DNA of 60,157 nucleotides, counting the filler. It is 4 parts of 4 records of this genome, joined end to end, with 100 filler letters (N's around TTAATTAATTAA, not from the genome) between each part and the next. Parts side by side here need not be neighbours in the genome. Positions count along the whole stretch, not along the records: positions 29,625 to 60,157 come from DRR723986_96235; 3 more parts are not named here. One strand, given 5' to 3'. The notes under the pieces are model-generated. The model searched no databases. It saw nothing but the letters and a program-made list of their open reading frames with translations, and was not told the DNA's origin. Shown piece after piece: positions 39,923-50,078 of this stretch. Numbering within the stretch: position 1 is the first letter of the stretch; the number at the start of each line of letters is the position of its first letter. The translations under genes and the position numbers were made by a program.

Positions 39923-42685
39923 TTGGCGTTTCAAAAACCGAGCCATACTTTTACAAAAATACATTTAAAAGGATTGCGTACAAATAGCATACACATACTT
40001 TTTGCCTTGAGTTTTACAGTGCTTATCAACACTTTTAGCTTAGCACAAGAATTACCAAAAAAGAAAACTTCTATACCTGCACAGCAAAAAAAAGATTCTA
40101 CAACAGTTTCAATTGATTCGCTATTAAATAAGCCTTTAAATACTAAAGAAATTGATTCTACAAAGCAAGATTCAATTAAGAAGACTGAATTTCTTAAAGA
40201 CAAAGTCACTTACAAAGCAACGGACTATGTATCCATAAATCAGAAGGAACAGAAAATTTATCTTTATAATGAAGCTGAAGTTTACTATGAAGATATGGAG
40301 ATTAAAGCGGGAATCATTGTTATTGATTACAGTAAAAACTTGGTTTATGCTGGTCGTTTAAGGGATTCTACAGGATATTCTCAAAATCCTGTTTTTAAAC
40401 AAGGAGCTAATGTCATAGAACCAGATTCTATAATCTTTAATACAGAAAACAAAAAGGCTAAGGTCTATAACTCCAGAACGGAACAACAAGGATTTAATGT
40501 TTTTGCTCCAGAAACAAAAAAAGAAAACGACTCCACCTATTTTATGGCAAACGCAAGGTTTACCACTTCAGAAAATATCGATGATCCGGAATATCAGTTT
40601 GTAACCTCAAAGTTGAAACTGGTACCAAATAAAAAAATTATTGTAGGACCAACTTATATGGAAATTTATGGTGTACCTACTCCAATAGCCTTACCATTTG
40701 CTTTTTTCCCAATGTCAAAAAAGCAAACATCTGGTATAATTTTTCCATCTTTTGGAGAAGACACTGGTAATGACAGAGGTTACTTTTTACAGAATGGAGG
40801 TTATTATTTTGCTATAAGTGATTACCTGGATTTAGCTGTATTGGGTGATTATTATACAAATGGAAGTTATGGTTTGCGGATTGAGAGTAATTACGCGTGG
40901 CGCTACAAGTTTAGAGGTAATTTAAGTTTTAGGTATGAGAATTTATTGAATAGTGAAAGAGGTTTTCCAGACTTTGCACAAAGTAAAATTTATAACCTTA
41001 GATGGTCTCACAGTCAAGATTCAAAAGCAAATCCAAATTCTAGATTTTCAGCTTCGGTTAACCTTGGTAGTAGTCAATATTACCAACAATCTATTAATCA
41101 ATTAAATCAGGCTAACTTTTTAAATAACACTTTAGCATCATCAGTTTCCTATTCTAAGACATTTCAGGGTGAACCGCAGATAAACTTGAGCTTAACTGCA
41201 ACTCATAGTCAAAACACAAACACTGAGGCTATTAACTTAACCTTGCCAACCATGCAAGCCTCTATGAGTAGAGTATTTCCTTTTGCGCCAAAATCTGGCA
41301 CAAAAAAAGGAGCTATTCAGAATATTAATTTTCAGGTGAATACAAGAGGTGAATATAGAATAAACACCACTGACTCATTATTTGGTAAAAGTGAAATGTT
41401 TAATGATGCACTTGCAGGTATGAGACACACTATACCTGTAACTACTAACTTTAAGGTGTTTGATCATTTTAGTGTAAGTGCAAATGCTAACTTTCAGGAA
41501 ACTTGGACATTAAAAACCATAAGACGTTTTTATGACGTTGCTACAGAAGATGTTGTCACCATTGATCAAAATGGTTTCGATCGTTTTCTTACTTACAATT
41601 TTGGTGCTAGTATTGGTACAACCTTATACGGTATGTATAATTTTAAAAAGAAAGATAATAACCCAAAAATTGAAGCCATACGGCACGTGGTTAGACCTTC
41701 GATTAGCTATAATGTGTCTCCGGCTTTTGACCAATATTATGAAACCTATGAAGTCATAGATGCTAATGGCACTACTACTGAAGAGTACACACGATTTGAA
41801 AATTCTCTGTTTGGCAGACCTGGTAACAGGTATTCAAGTAGTATAGGTATTGGTGTTGGTAATAATATTGAAGCAAAAGTGAGACCGAAAGATTCTACAG
41901 AAACCGAATCTGAAAAGGTATTTTTATTAAACAATTTAAATTTTGCTACATCTTACGACATGGCTGCTGACTCATTGAATTGGAGTCCACTACGTGTTTC
42001 TGGTGGAACGCAGATTTTGAATAAGAAAATGAGTATTAACTTCAGTATGACGTTAAACCCATATGCTTTAGATAGCAATAATAATGTGATAAATACATTT
42101 AATGTAGATAATGGTGGAAGTTTATTTAGGTTAACGGCAGCCAATATGAATATTGCATACACACTTTCAAATGAGAGTTTCTCTGGTGAAGAATCAGAAG
42201 AAGATAAAAGATCGGCCCAAGAAGCTGCGAGATCTGGAGGGCGAACTGACGGGCTTTTTGGTAAAACCCAAGATTTTGCCGATCGGCGTCTAACGGATAA
42301 AGACAATGATGACGAAGATGAGGAGGAAAATGAATTCTATAATTATAAAATGCCTTGGAATCTGCGGCTTGCCTACGCGGTAAACTATGCAAACACAAGA
42401 CGACAAGACGAAATTTCATCGCATTCTCTTATGTTTTCTGGTGATGTAGAGTTATCACCACGCTGGAGTGTAGGTGCTTCTTCAGGATATGACTTTTTAA
42501 ATAAAGGATTTACATTTACCCAATTGCGTTTTGAACGTGACCTACTTAGTTGGCGCATGAACTTTACTTGGGTTCCGTTTAGTACACGTAGTTCTTGGAA
42601 CTTTTTTATAGGTATAAAATCTAATTTACTAAAAGATTTAAAATACGATCAAAGACGTCAACCAGATAGAAGTCTAGGGAATTAA
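39923..42685 (+). CDS. lptD: Putative LPS assembly protein LptD (Bacteroidota type)
   Basis: OstA-like N-terminal region; PFAFFP; GYFLQNGGYYFA; beta-barrel C-terminus; divergent from amidase-mlaD. Confidence 0.85.
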   Translation: MAFQKPSHTFTKIHLKGLRTNSIHILFALSFTVLINTFSLAQELPKKKTSIPAQQKKDSTTVSIDSLLNKPLNTKEIDSTKQDSIKKTEFLKDKVTYKATDYVSINQKEQKIYLYNEAEVYYEDMEIKAGIIVIDYSKNLVYAGRLRDSTGYSQNPVFKQGANVIEPDSIIFNTENKKAKVYNSRTEQQGFNVFAPETKKENDSTYFMANARFTTSENIDDPEYQFVTSKLKLVPNKKIIVGPTYMEIYGVPTPIALPFAFFPMSKKQTSGIIFPSFGEDTGNDRGYFLQNGGYYFAISDYLDLAVLGDYYTNGSYGLRIESNYAWRYKFRGNLSFRYENLLNSERGFPDFAQSKIYNLRWSHSQDSKANPNSRFSASVNLGSSQYYQQSINQLNQANFLNNTLASSVSYSKTFQGEPQINLSLTATHSQNTNTEAINLTLPTMQASMSRVFPFAPKSGTKKGAIQNINFQVNTRGEYRINTTDSLFGKSEMFNDALAGMRHTIPVTTNFKVFDHFSVSANANFQETWTLKTIRRFYDVATEDVVTIDQNGFDRFLTYNFGASIGTTLYGMYNFKKKDNNPKIEAIRHVVRPSISYNVSPAFDQYYETYEVIDANGTTTEEYTRFENSLFGRPGNRYSSSIGIGVGNNIEAKVRPKDSTETESEKVFLLNNLNFATSYDMAADSLNWSPLRVSGGTQILNKKMSINFSMTLNPYALDSNNNVINTFNVDNGGSLFRLTAANMNIAYTLSNESFSGEESEEDKRSAQEAARSGGRTDGLFGKTQDFADRRLTDKDNDDEDEEENEFYNYKMPWNLRLAYAVNYANTRRQDEISSHSLMFSGDVELSPRWSVGASSGYDFLNKGFTFTQLRFERDLLSWRMNFTWVPFSTRSSWNFFIGIKSNLLKDLKYDQRRQPDRSLGN

Positions 42686-42694
42686 TAATTAAGT

Positions 42695-43075
42695 ATGAAA
42701 AAAATAATCAACACCACAAAAGCTCCTGCTCCAATTGGACCTTATAACCAAGCCGTTTTAGTAGGTAACACATTATACACGTCTGGACAAATTGCTTTAC
42801 ATCCTGAGACGATGGAGCTAGTTTTAGACGATATTAAAACCGAAACCAATCAAGTTATGGAAAACATGAAAGCGGTTTTAGCAGCTGCTGATATGACGTT
42901 TGAAAATGTGATTAAGACCTCTATTTTTATAAGTGACATGAATAACTTCTCACAGATTAATGAGGTCTATGGACAGTATTTTGACGAAGCCACTGCACCA
43001 GCCAGAGAGACAGTTGAAGTTGCTAATTTACCTAAGTTTGTGAATGTTGAAATTAGCATGATTGCTGTATCTTAA
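42695..43075 (+). CDS. ridA: RidA/YjgF family enamine deaminase
   Basis: APAPIGPYNQA; SGQI; PARETV; VEISMIA. Confidence 0.93.
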   Translation: MKKIINTTKAPAPIGPYNQAVLVGNTLYTSGQIALHPETMELVLDDIKTETNQVMENMKAVLAAADMTFENVIKTSIFISDMNNFSQINEVYGQYFDEATAPARETVEVANLPKFVNVEISMIAVS

Positions 43076-43785
43076 TTCTCGATCTTAATACATCTTACAC
43101 CAGCACCTAACAATATAGAGTTATTACTATATAAAATTTCACTTTCATCAAAAAGTTGAACGACACTTCTAAAATTTGATTCTACATCAGAAGTTGCCCA
43201 AGTACAAATAATCTCTGACGCTGTTGGTGTTCCAACTGCACTTACATAACCATTAGGCAATCCATTAAATCCTATTTCATTAGTACCATTACCACTTGAA
43301 GACAACCAACCGGAATCAGATTTTAAAGATGTCGCTTCTATACCAGCATAGCCATTAGCATTTAAATATGCTTCTAATTCTATAAAATCTTGAGTCGTTG
43401 GAATTCTCCATCCTTCTGGTGCTAATTTACCAGACTCTAATGCTAAGTGATTATACATGGCACCATAATAATCAAAGGGTAGCTCAAAATCTATGGCATT
43501 ATTTAAATCATCTGTATTTGCCCATTGATACAAACTTTGAGGATTATTTAGATTTAACCAATCCATTGAAAACTCATATAGTGTTATTGGAGTTCCATCA
43601 TTAAAAGTGGTTACTTTTAAGTTTTCTAACATCCATGTTTGATTACCTATTGTAATAGTATTATATACATTGCCGTCTATATCTGTAACTGTTGTTGGTT
43701 CTTGCTGATTGTTGTCATCATCAGAACAGCTGATAAATAAGGATAATACGAGTAATAGGACTGGGAGTAGATGTAATTTTTGCAT
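43072..43785 (-). CDS. FISUMP (Fibrobacter succinogenes major paralogous domain) lipoprotein
   Basis: Start reassigned to MQKLHLL...FISC; DIDGNVYNTITIGNQTWMLENL; YGAMYN; PEGWRIPT; GFNGLPNG; VRCIK. Confidence 0.9.
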   Translation of the reverse strand: MQKLHLLPVLLLVLSLFISCSDDDNNQQEPTTVTDIDGNVYNTITIGNQTWMLENLKVTTFNDGTPITLYEFSMDWLNLNNPQSLYQWANTDDLNNAIDFELPFDYYGAMYNHLALESGKLAPEGWRIPTTQDFIELEAYLNANGYAGIEATSLKSDSGWLSSSGNGTNEIGFNGLPNGYVSAVGTPTASEIICTWATSDVESNFRSVVQLFDESEILYSNNSILLGAGVRCIKIEN

Positions 43786-43888
43786 TGTTTTTTTTATATA
43801 TAACAGCCAAGATAGTATTTTTCCTACTTTAGAATCAAAATAAATAATTCTAGTTAGTTTATTTTTGTCAAAATATTTGACAGTAGCA

Positions 43889-44659
43889 TTGAAACTAAAA
43901 AAAACAGAACTCAAATCTTTTTTAGATGATAAGGTCGCACTTTATAATCATCCTAAGTTTATAGAGAGTGATCCTATTCAAATTCCACATCAATTTTCAA
44001 AAAAAGAGGATATTGAGATTGCTGGCTTTTTAACTGCTACCATAGCTTGGGGAAATCGTAAAAGCATCATTAAAAATGCCAATCGCATGATGTCAATGCT
44101 AGATAATTCACCTTACGAATATGTAATGCAGCACTCTAAAGACGATTTAAATCAACTCAATGGATTTGTGCATCGTACTTTTAATCAAGATGATTTTAAA
44201 CAGTTTATTAAAAGCCTAAAATACATTTATACTGTACATAACGGGTTAGAATCTGTCTTTAATACTTATGCCACCAAAGACTCATTACAATCTAGCATAC
44301 ATTACTTTAAGCAAATCTTTTTTGAAGTTCCGCATTTAGCTCGCACAAAAAAACATGTTAGTGATCCTCTAAAAAATTCGGCTGCCAAGCGTATAAATAT
44401 GTTTTTAAGATGGATGGTAAGAAATGATAAGGCTGGTGTAGACTTTGGTATATGGAAATCCTTAAAACCATCGCAGCTTAGTTGTCCATTAGACGTACAT
44501 TCAGGAAACGTAGCTCGCAAACTTGGTCTTTTAAAAAGGAAGCAGAATGATGCTAAGGCTTTGTTAGAACTTGATACCGCCCTTAGAAAATTAGATCCAA
44601 CAGATCCGGTTAAATACGACTTTGCACTTTTTGGACTTGGAGTGTTTGAAGGGTTTTAA
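43889..44659 (+). CDS. TIGR02757/DUF2400 family protein
   Basis: FIESDPIQIPH; AWGNRKSII; SAAKRINMFLRWMVR; PLDVH; DPVKYDFALFG; TTG start assumed. Confidence 0.9.
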   Translation: MKLKKTELKSFLDDKVALYNHPKFIESDPIQIPHQFSKKEDIEIAGFLTATIAWGNRKSIIKNANRMMSMLDNSPYEYVMQHSKDDLNQLNGFVHRTFNQDDFKQFIKSLKYIYTVHNGLESVFNTYATKDSLQSSIHYFKQIFFEVPHLARTKKHVSDPLKNSAAKRINMFLRWMVRNDKAGVDFGIWKSLKPSQLSCPLDVHSGNVARKLGLLKRKQNDAKALLELDTALRKLDPTDPVKYDFALFGLGVFEGF

Positions 44660-44706
44660 TTTACAGGTTCCCTTTTTATTATCTTTAAACTTCAAAAACC
44701 TCTCAA

Positions 44707-46197
44707 ATGAAACTTTATAAATTATTATTCATTTTTTTATTCTCAAGCTGTCTTGTTTATGCACAAGATCTAAAAATTCCGCTTGACACAACAATTATTA
44801 GTAGTGGCTCAGTGTCAATAAAAGGAAAGCAAGTAAACTACAAAGCTGAAACTGGATTTCAACCCGTTTGGGATAAAGATGGCAAGACCATTGCCTCACT
44901 TTATTACACTTATTATAAGCGTACTAATGATAACAAGGGAAACAAACGGCCTATTATTTATTCTTTTAATGGAGGTCCTGGTTCTGCCTCAGTTTGGATG
45001 CATTTGGCTTATACCGGACCGAAAATCTTAAAAATTGATGAAGAAGGTTATCCAATCCAACCATATGGTGTTAAGGACAACCCCAATTCTATTTTAGATG
45101 TTGCTGATATAGTTTATATAAATCCTGTCAATACTGGTTACTCTAGAAAAATTGCCGATAACGAAGGTAAAATGCCTGAAGATCAATTATTCTTTGGAGT
45201 AAATGCAGATATAAAATATTTGGCAAGTTGGATGAACACATTTACAACGCGTCACAACCGTTGGGAATCTCCCAAATACATAATTGGAGAAAGCTATGGC
45301 GGCACCAGAGTAATGGGATTGTCACTTGAATTACAAAATAGTCAATGGATGTATTTAAATGGCGTTATTCTTGTATCTCCTGCGGATTATAAAGTTTTGC
45401 GTGTTGGAGGTCCACTGTCCTCGAGTTTAAACTTACCTTATTATACGGCAGCCGCTTGGCATCATAATGCTTTGCCTAGTGTTTTACAATCTAAAGATTT
45501 ATTAGATATATTGCCTGAAGCTGAAGAATTTGCAATAAATGAATTAATTCCTGCGTTGGCAAAAGGCGGATTCATTAGTACCGCCGATAAACAAAAAATT
45601 GCCAATAAAATGAGCTACTATACTGGCTTATCCGAGAAAGTAATACTACAACAAAATTTAGATGTTCCAAACCATTTTTTCTGGAAAGAACTCTTAAGGA
45701 ACAAAACAGGACAAACCATAGGCAGATTAGATTCTAGATATTTAGGCGTGGATAAGGTAGAGACAGGAATAAGACCAGACTATAGTGCAGAATTAACATC
45801 ATGGCTACATAGTTTTACACCAGCAATCAACCATTATGTCAGGAATAATTTAGGCTTTAATACAGATGTAAAATACAATGTCTTTGGTGATGTTGGAGAA
45901 TGGGATAGAACAAATGACAATACTAGAGACAACCTTAGGCAAGCTATGGCACAAAACCCTTATCTAAAAGTACTGACCCAATCCGGATATTATGATGGAG
46001 CGACAACATATTTCTCGGCAAAATACTCACAATGGCAAATTGACCCAAGTGGTAAGATGAAAGACCGCATTTATTTTGAGGGCTATCGTAGTGGACATAT
46101 GATGTACCTTCGAAATGTAGATCTCATAAAAGCCAATGAGGATTTAAGAGAATTTATTATTAATTCATCCTCTAATGGCAAAGCGGCCAAATATTAA
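44707..46197 (+). CDS. S10 family serine carboxypeptidase, exported
   Basis: FNGGPGSAS; GESYGG; GYYD; GHMMY. Confidence 0.92.
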   Translation: MKLYKLLFIFLFSSCLVYAQDLKIPLDTTIISSGSVSIKGKQVNYKAETGFQPVWDKDGKTIASLYYTYYKRTNDNKGNKRPIIYSFNGGPGSASVWMHLAYTGPKILKIDEEGYPIQPYGVKDNPNSILDVADIVYINPVNTGYSRKIADNEGKMPEDQLFFGVNADIKYLASWMNTFTTRHNRWESPKYIIGESYGGTRVMGLSLELQNSQWMYLNGVILVSPADYKVLRVGGPLSSSLNLPYYTAAAWHHNALPSVLQSKDLLDILPEAEEFAINELIPALAKGGFISTADKQKIANKMSYYTGLSEKVILQQNLDVPNHFFWKELLRNKTGQTIGRLDSRYLGVDKVETGIRPDYSAELTSWLHSFTPAINHYVRNNLGFNTDVKYNVFGDVGEWDRTNDNTRDNLRQAMAQNPYLKVLTQSGYYDGATTYFSAKYSQWQIDPSGKMKDRIYFEGYRSGHMMYLRNVDLIKANEDLREFIINSSSNGKAAKY

Positions 46198-46311
46198 TTA
46201 ATACAACTAAAATTTAAAGTATATTAAATAGTGACTATTACATCGCATTTAATTCAATAATGATTTAGGAAACTGAAATAAGATTATTCTAATAATTTCC
46301 GGTTAAGTAAA

Positions 46312-48816
46312 TTATTTTTTAACGGTAAAGTAAAAAGTTGTACCAATACCTAAAGTAGACTCAAACCAAATTTTACCACCAGCATTTTCTATTATTTTTT
46401 TAATAATCCATAGGCCAACACCACTAGAATCTGTTCGCTTATTCATTTTTTTAAATATTGTAAATACCATATGATGATGACTATCGTCAATACCAATGCC
46501 ATTATCTTTGATTTTAAATAAAAAGTGATCAGATTTATCCTCGAATGATATTTCAACATAAGAACTTTTCTTCTTATCCCTATATTTAAAACTGTTATCA
46601 ATTAAATTTTGAAATATTTGTTTTATTTGAACCTCATTGTATTCAATAACAGGAAAAGTCTTTGGAAGCTTTATGTCAAATTCATTTTTAAAATGCAAAA
46701 AATTATTGTTTATTAAACTATTAATAGTTTCAGATAAATTAATTTGAGCATTTTTATTGCCTTCCGCGCTTCTTATTTCGGCAAACTGTAAAGTGCTAGA
46801 AATGAGTTTATCCATATCTACAATAGTATCTTCTATGGTTTTTATATGGTTAATACTTTCTTCATTTAAACTATCTACATTATCCTCGTAAATCCAATTA
46901 ATAAAAGTAGAAATTGTACGTAGTGGAGTCTTTAAATCGTGAGATACCAAATGAGCATAATGTGATAGCTCTTCGTTACTATCTGTTAAGTTCTCAATTA
47001 ATTTTTCATTTTTTTGGATAAGGTTTTTAAGCTTTGTTATATCCAAATTAACCCATATCGAACCAATAGAATTACCATTAATATCCTTAATTGCACTACC
47101 ACTTGTAAGCCATTTGCGAATTGTACCGTCTTTTGTTTTAATTTCTAATTCAAAAAGAACAGAATAATCATCTTTATTTGTATCTCTAGAATGTTTGAAT
47201 ACATCATTAAATGTACTTTCATCTGCAAGTAATAAATCCTTCGCCTTTAGACCAAAAAGTTCTTTATTTGAATAACCAGACATATCCATAAAAGATTTAT
47301 TTACAGACAGAATGTTATCATCTTTGTCAACCTCCAATAAACCTAAATTCATATTATCGATTATACGCTTGTATTTTGATTTTTCAAATTCTATACTTTT
47401 TTCATAATTAACACTTAGGGTAACATCTCTATATCGCCATACATAACAATCTAGCTTTCCATCAAGTAAAACAGGCATAAAATCTCGTGACAAAAACCTA
47501 CCGTCTTTTAATTCCAAAATCTCTTGCATTGAAGGTTCTTGATTTTTGATGAGTTCTTCAATTCTTGTAACAAATTCTTCCTCATTCACAAAAAATGATT
47601 TTAAATTTTCTCTGGCAGTGGTACAAGGTATTCCTATGAATGCCTTTTTTTGTTCTAATGGTATTCTAAATAATTTTAAAAATGCATATCCAAGGTCTAA
47701 TATTGACCCGTCAGAAGATTCTACAACTTCAGCGTTATGGTCGCTATTGAAAATTAATTCTAATCTGTTTTTTGTTACTGTTAACTCTTGATTTTGAATC
47801 TTTTTTTCTAGCTCTACGATCGATGTTTTAACTCTTAAGGCTATCGAATTACTAATATTTTGTAAGAAGTCTAACTGCTCTTGATTATAATGGTTTTCTT
47901 CAGGGTGTTCAGAGTCTATAATAGCAATGACTTTGTCATCTAAGATTACTGGTACGGCTATTTCTGATAATCTTGTGGCATTATCTTTAATATAAATTTT
48001 TGAGTGTCTAGTATTTTTAATTATTATACCTTTTTTAGATCGTGCTACATAGCCTACTATACCTTCACATACTGGAATTTTTAATTTATTTTTTATTTCT
48101 CGAGTATTTAACTTAACCTTATTGCCAGTTGCGGCTATCTGAATTAAATTATCTTCGACAAGTGTATAAAACACACAATCATCGGTTTTAAGATATTTGG
48201 CTATATGGTTAACTAATGACCAGGAATTTTCTAAAAGGTCATTTTCAACTAAAAACTCCTTTAATATCATAGCCTCATACTTTTGATTTTCATAACGTTG
48301 TTGAAGCTGTAGATCTAATTGATGTTCAGTAGTAATATCCCTTACTATAGCCTGAATGGCATGTGCTTCACCAGTAAAGTTATGTAATAATCTGGACTTG
48401 ATCATTACTACTTTTTTTTCCTTTTTCCTATTAGTAAAACTCCATTTTAAGCTTATTTCGCTATTCTTTTTGAAATTTACATTTTTGAATAAAGATTTAA
48501 TTTCTTTATAATTATTACTTTTAAATTCTTTTATAGATTGTGGAAAAACTTCGTCTGAATTTAAACCAATTAATTTTCTAGCCTCCTTGTTGGACTGTAT
48601 AATATTACCCTTGAAATCTACTACAAATAGGGCATCAACTAAATTCTCAATTAAAAGTTGTTGGAACTCAGATTGGGATTTAAATTTTTTGTTTAGGGAT
48701 AAATTTTCAATGTATAGCTCAAAAATACGTTGTTCAACAAATGATTCTGCGTCCTCCTTTGCCTTACGTTCTCTTTTTAAAGCTCTTTTTAGTATTTCAA
48801 TTTCACCTTGGGACAT
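46312..48816 (-). CDS. Cytoplasmic PAS-GAF-PAS-PAS sensor histidine kinase (H-NOX-associated type)
   Basis: N-terminal coiled coil (ILKRALKRERKAK); RDIT/RDVT/LDIT PAS ends; GIVGYVA...SEIAVPV GAF; SHDLKTPL; DNGIGI; GVGL; no TM. Confidence 0.93.
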   Translation of the reverse strand: MSQGEIEILKRALKRERKAKEDAESFVEQRIFELYIENLSLNKKFKSQSEFQQLLIENLVDALFVVDFKGNIIQSNKEARKLIGLNSDEVFPQSIKEFKSNNYKEIKSLFKNVNFKKNSEISLKWSFTNRKKEKKVVMIKSRLLHNFTGEAHAIQAIVRDITTEHQLDLQLQQRYENQKYEAMILKEFLVENDLLENSWSLVNHIAKYLKTDDCVFYTLVEDNLIQIAATGNKVKLNTREIKNKLKIPVCEGIVGYVARSKKGIIIKNTRHSKIYIKDNATRLSEIAVPVILDDKVIAIIDSEHPEENHYNQEQLDFLQNISNSIALRVKTSIVELEKKIQNQELTVTKNRLELIFNSDHNAEVVESSDGSILDLGYAFLKLFRIPLEQKKAFIGIPCTTARENLKSFFVNEEEFVTRIEELIKNQEPSMQEILELKDGRFLSRDFMPVLLDGKLDCYVWRYRDVTLSVNYEKSIEFEKSKYKRIIDNMNLGLLEVDKDDNILSVNKSFMDMSGYSNKELFGLKAKDLLLADESTFNDVFKHSRDTNKDDYSVLFELEIKTKDGTIRKWLTSGSAIKDINGNSIGSIWVNLDITKLKNLIQKNEKLIENLTDSNEELSHYAHLVSHDLKTPLRTISTFINWIYEDNVDSLNEESINHIKTIEDTIVDMDKLISSTLQFAEIRSAEGNKNAQINLSETINSLINNNFLHFKNEFDIKLPKTFPVIEYNEVQIKQIFQNLIDNSFKYRDKKKSSYVEISFEDKSDHFLFKIKDNGIGIDDSHHHMVFTIFKKMNKRTDSSGVGLWIIKKIIENAGGKIWFESTLGIGTTFYFTVKK

Positions 48817-48931
48817 AATCTCGGAGTTAATTACTTAAGATAAACTTTTTTATAATGCAACGAATAATCGATAAATTACTTTAATTCTCATAAAATGCAG
48901 AGTGTTTATATCTATGAATCTATAAGTGCAA

Positions 48932-49480
48932 TTAATCCTCTAGAGTTATAGTAAATTTTACCTCATTACTATTTTTTGGATTAAAACTTTCATCAATTGC
49001 TACGATACCTTTTACTTTGAAATGTTTTAGAGTTTGTTTCATTAATCCTATAGCAAAATATGTAAGTCCTCTGTTAGATTGATAAATAATTATAAGTTGC
49101 TTATCGGTTTTTTCGACTAAAGTAAATGTAGGTAACTCTGCATCTTCATATAGTTTTTTTACCTCAATATGTATATGGTTTTCAATACCTGCAATGAGCT
49201 CTAAGGGCTCCTTATAGTTTTCAATAATATAACTATGCTTGCCTATTAAATAAGGGAATACAAATTTCCCAAATTCCTCTAGGGCAACTTCTGGTTTCAA
49301 TCCAGATTTTGAACATACATAGGTAAGCATACTTTGCAATTCACCAAACTCATAACTATTAAAGGCAGTATATACACCTTCTGACTTTAAATTTGAATTA
49401 GTAATCATCTCGTCGACCATTTCTAGCCCAAATGATTGCTCTACAAAGTCAAGGAAATTAGTAAAAACAAATCCTTTCAT
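48932..49480 (-). CDS. Heme NO-binding (H-NOX) protein
   Basis: MKG.VF start; proximal His in IENHIH; ELPTF; YxSxR (YQSNR). Confidence 0.93.
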   Translation of the reverse strand: MKGFVFTNFLDFVEQSFGLEMVDEMITNSNLKSEGVYTAFNSYEFGELQSMLTYVCSKSGLKPEVALEEFGKFVFPYLIGKHSYIIENYKEPLELIAGIENHIHIEVKKLYEDAELPTFTLVEKTDKQLIIIYQSNRGLTYFAIGLMKQTLKHFKVKGIVAIDESFNPKNSNEVKFTITLED

Positions 49481-49884
49481 ATTCTATTATTAAATGAATT
49501 AATCCAATACTTCCCAATGGTAATTAGGGTTTCTTTGTAGTTATTAAAGTCTACATTTTTCACAAAATAACCACTAACACCTAAATTTTTACACTTAAAA
49601 TAGTCCTCTAAATTAGAACTTGTCGTGTGTATTACAACCGGTATTGTGGAAAAATTATCATCCCTTCTTATGGTGGATAAAAATTCTATACCATTCATAA
49701 TTGGCATATTCAAATCTAAAAGTATAAAGTAAGGAAGGTCGACTTTGTTACACTTCTGTAAATAGTTTAGTGCCTCCTGACCATTTTCAGTAATTGTGAT
49801 ATCTATAAGAGGATATTCTTTTTTTAAAATCCTTGTATTAGCGAGATTAGTAACCTTATTATCTTCAACAGATAAAAACTTCAT
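49477..49884 (-). CDS. Single-domain response regulator (CheY/Rcp1-like)
   Basis: VED; LLDLNMPIMNG; TTS; YFVK. Confidence 0.93.
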   Translation of the reverse strand: MKFLSVEDNKVTNLANTRILKKEYPLIDITITENGQEALNYLQKCNKVDLPYFILLDLNMPIMNGIEFLSTIRRDDNFSTIPVVIHTTSSNLEDYFKCKNLGVSGYFVKNVDFNNYKETLITIGKYWINSFNNRI

Positions 49885-49991
49885 AAATAAAAAATTACAG
49901 GGTTAAGACTTTAATTTTACAAAAATAACATAATTATCTACAAAAAAATAAGAAAATATTATGATTATTTGTGCATAAAGTCTAACTATAT

Positions 49992-50012
49992 GGTATAGGG
50001 TATAGGGTATAG
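49992..50012. repeat. Perfect heptamer tandem repeat (GGTATAG)x3
   Basis: Read directly; upstream of the RR-HNOX-HK operon. Confidence 0.85.
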
Positions 50013-50078
50013 AGATACATAATGATAAAAAAATTCTATTATATCTTGAACAAAAAAAGAAATAAAAATGATATAATA

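Noticed and set aside
43786-43914. Apparent head-to-head overlap of the FISUMP and TIGR02757 ORFs
   Set aside because: Artefact of longest-ORF calling; the likely starts (43785 and about 43889) do not overlap
47800-48250. Kinase GAF domain as a possible phytochrome, given the Rcp1-like regulator
   Set aside because: No DIP motif, PHY domain or correctly placed bilin Cys recognisable
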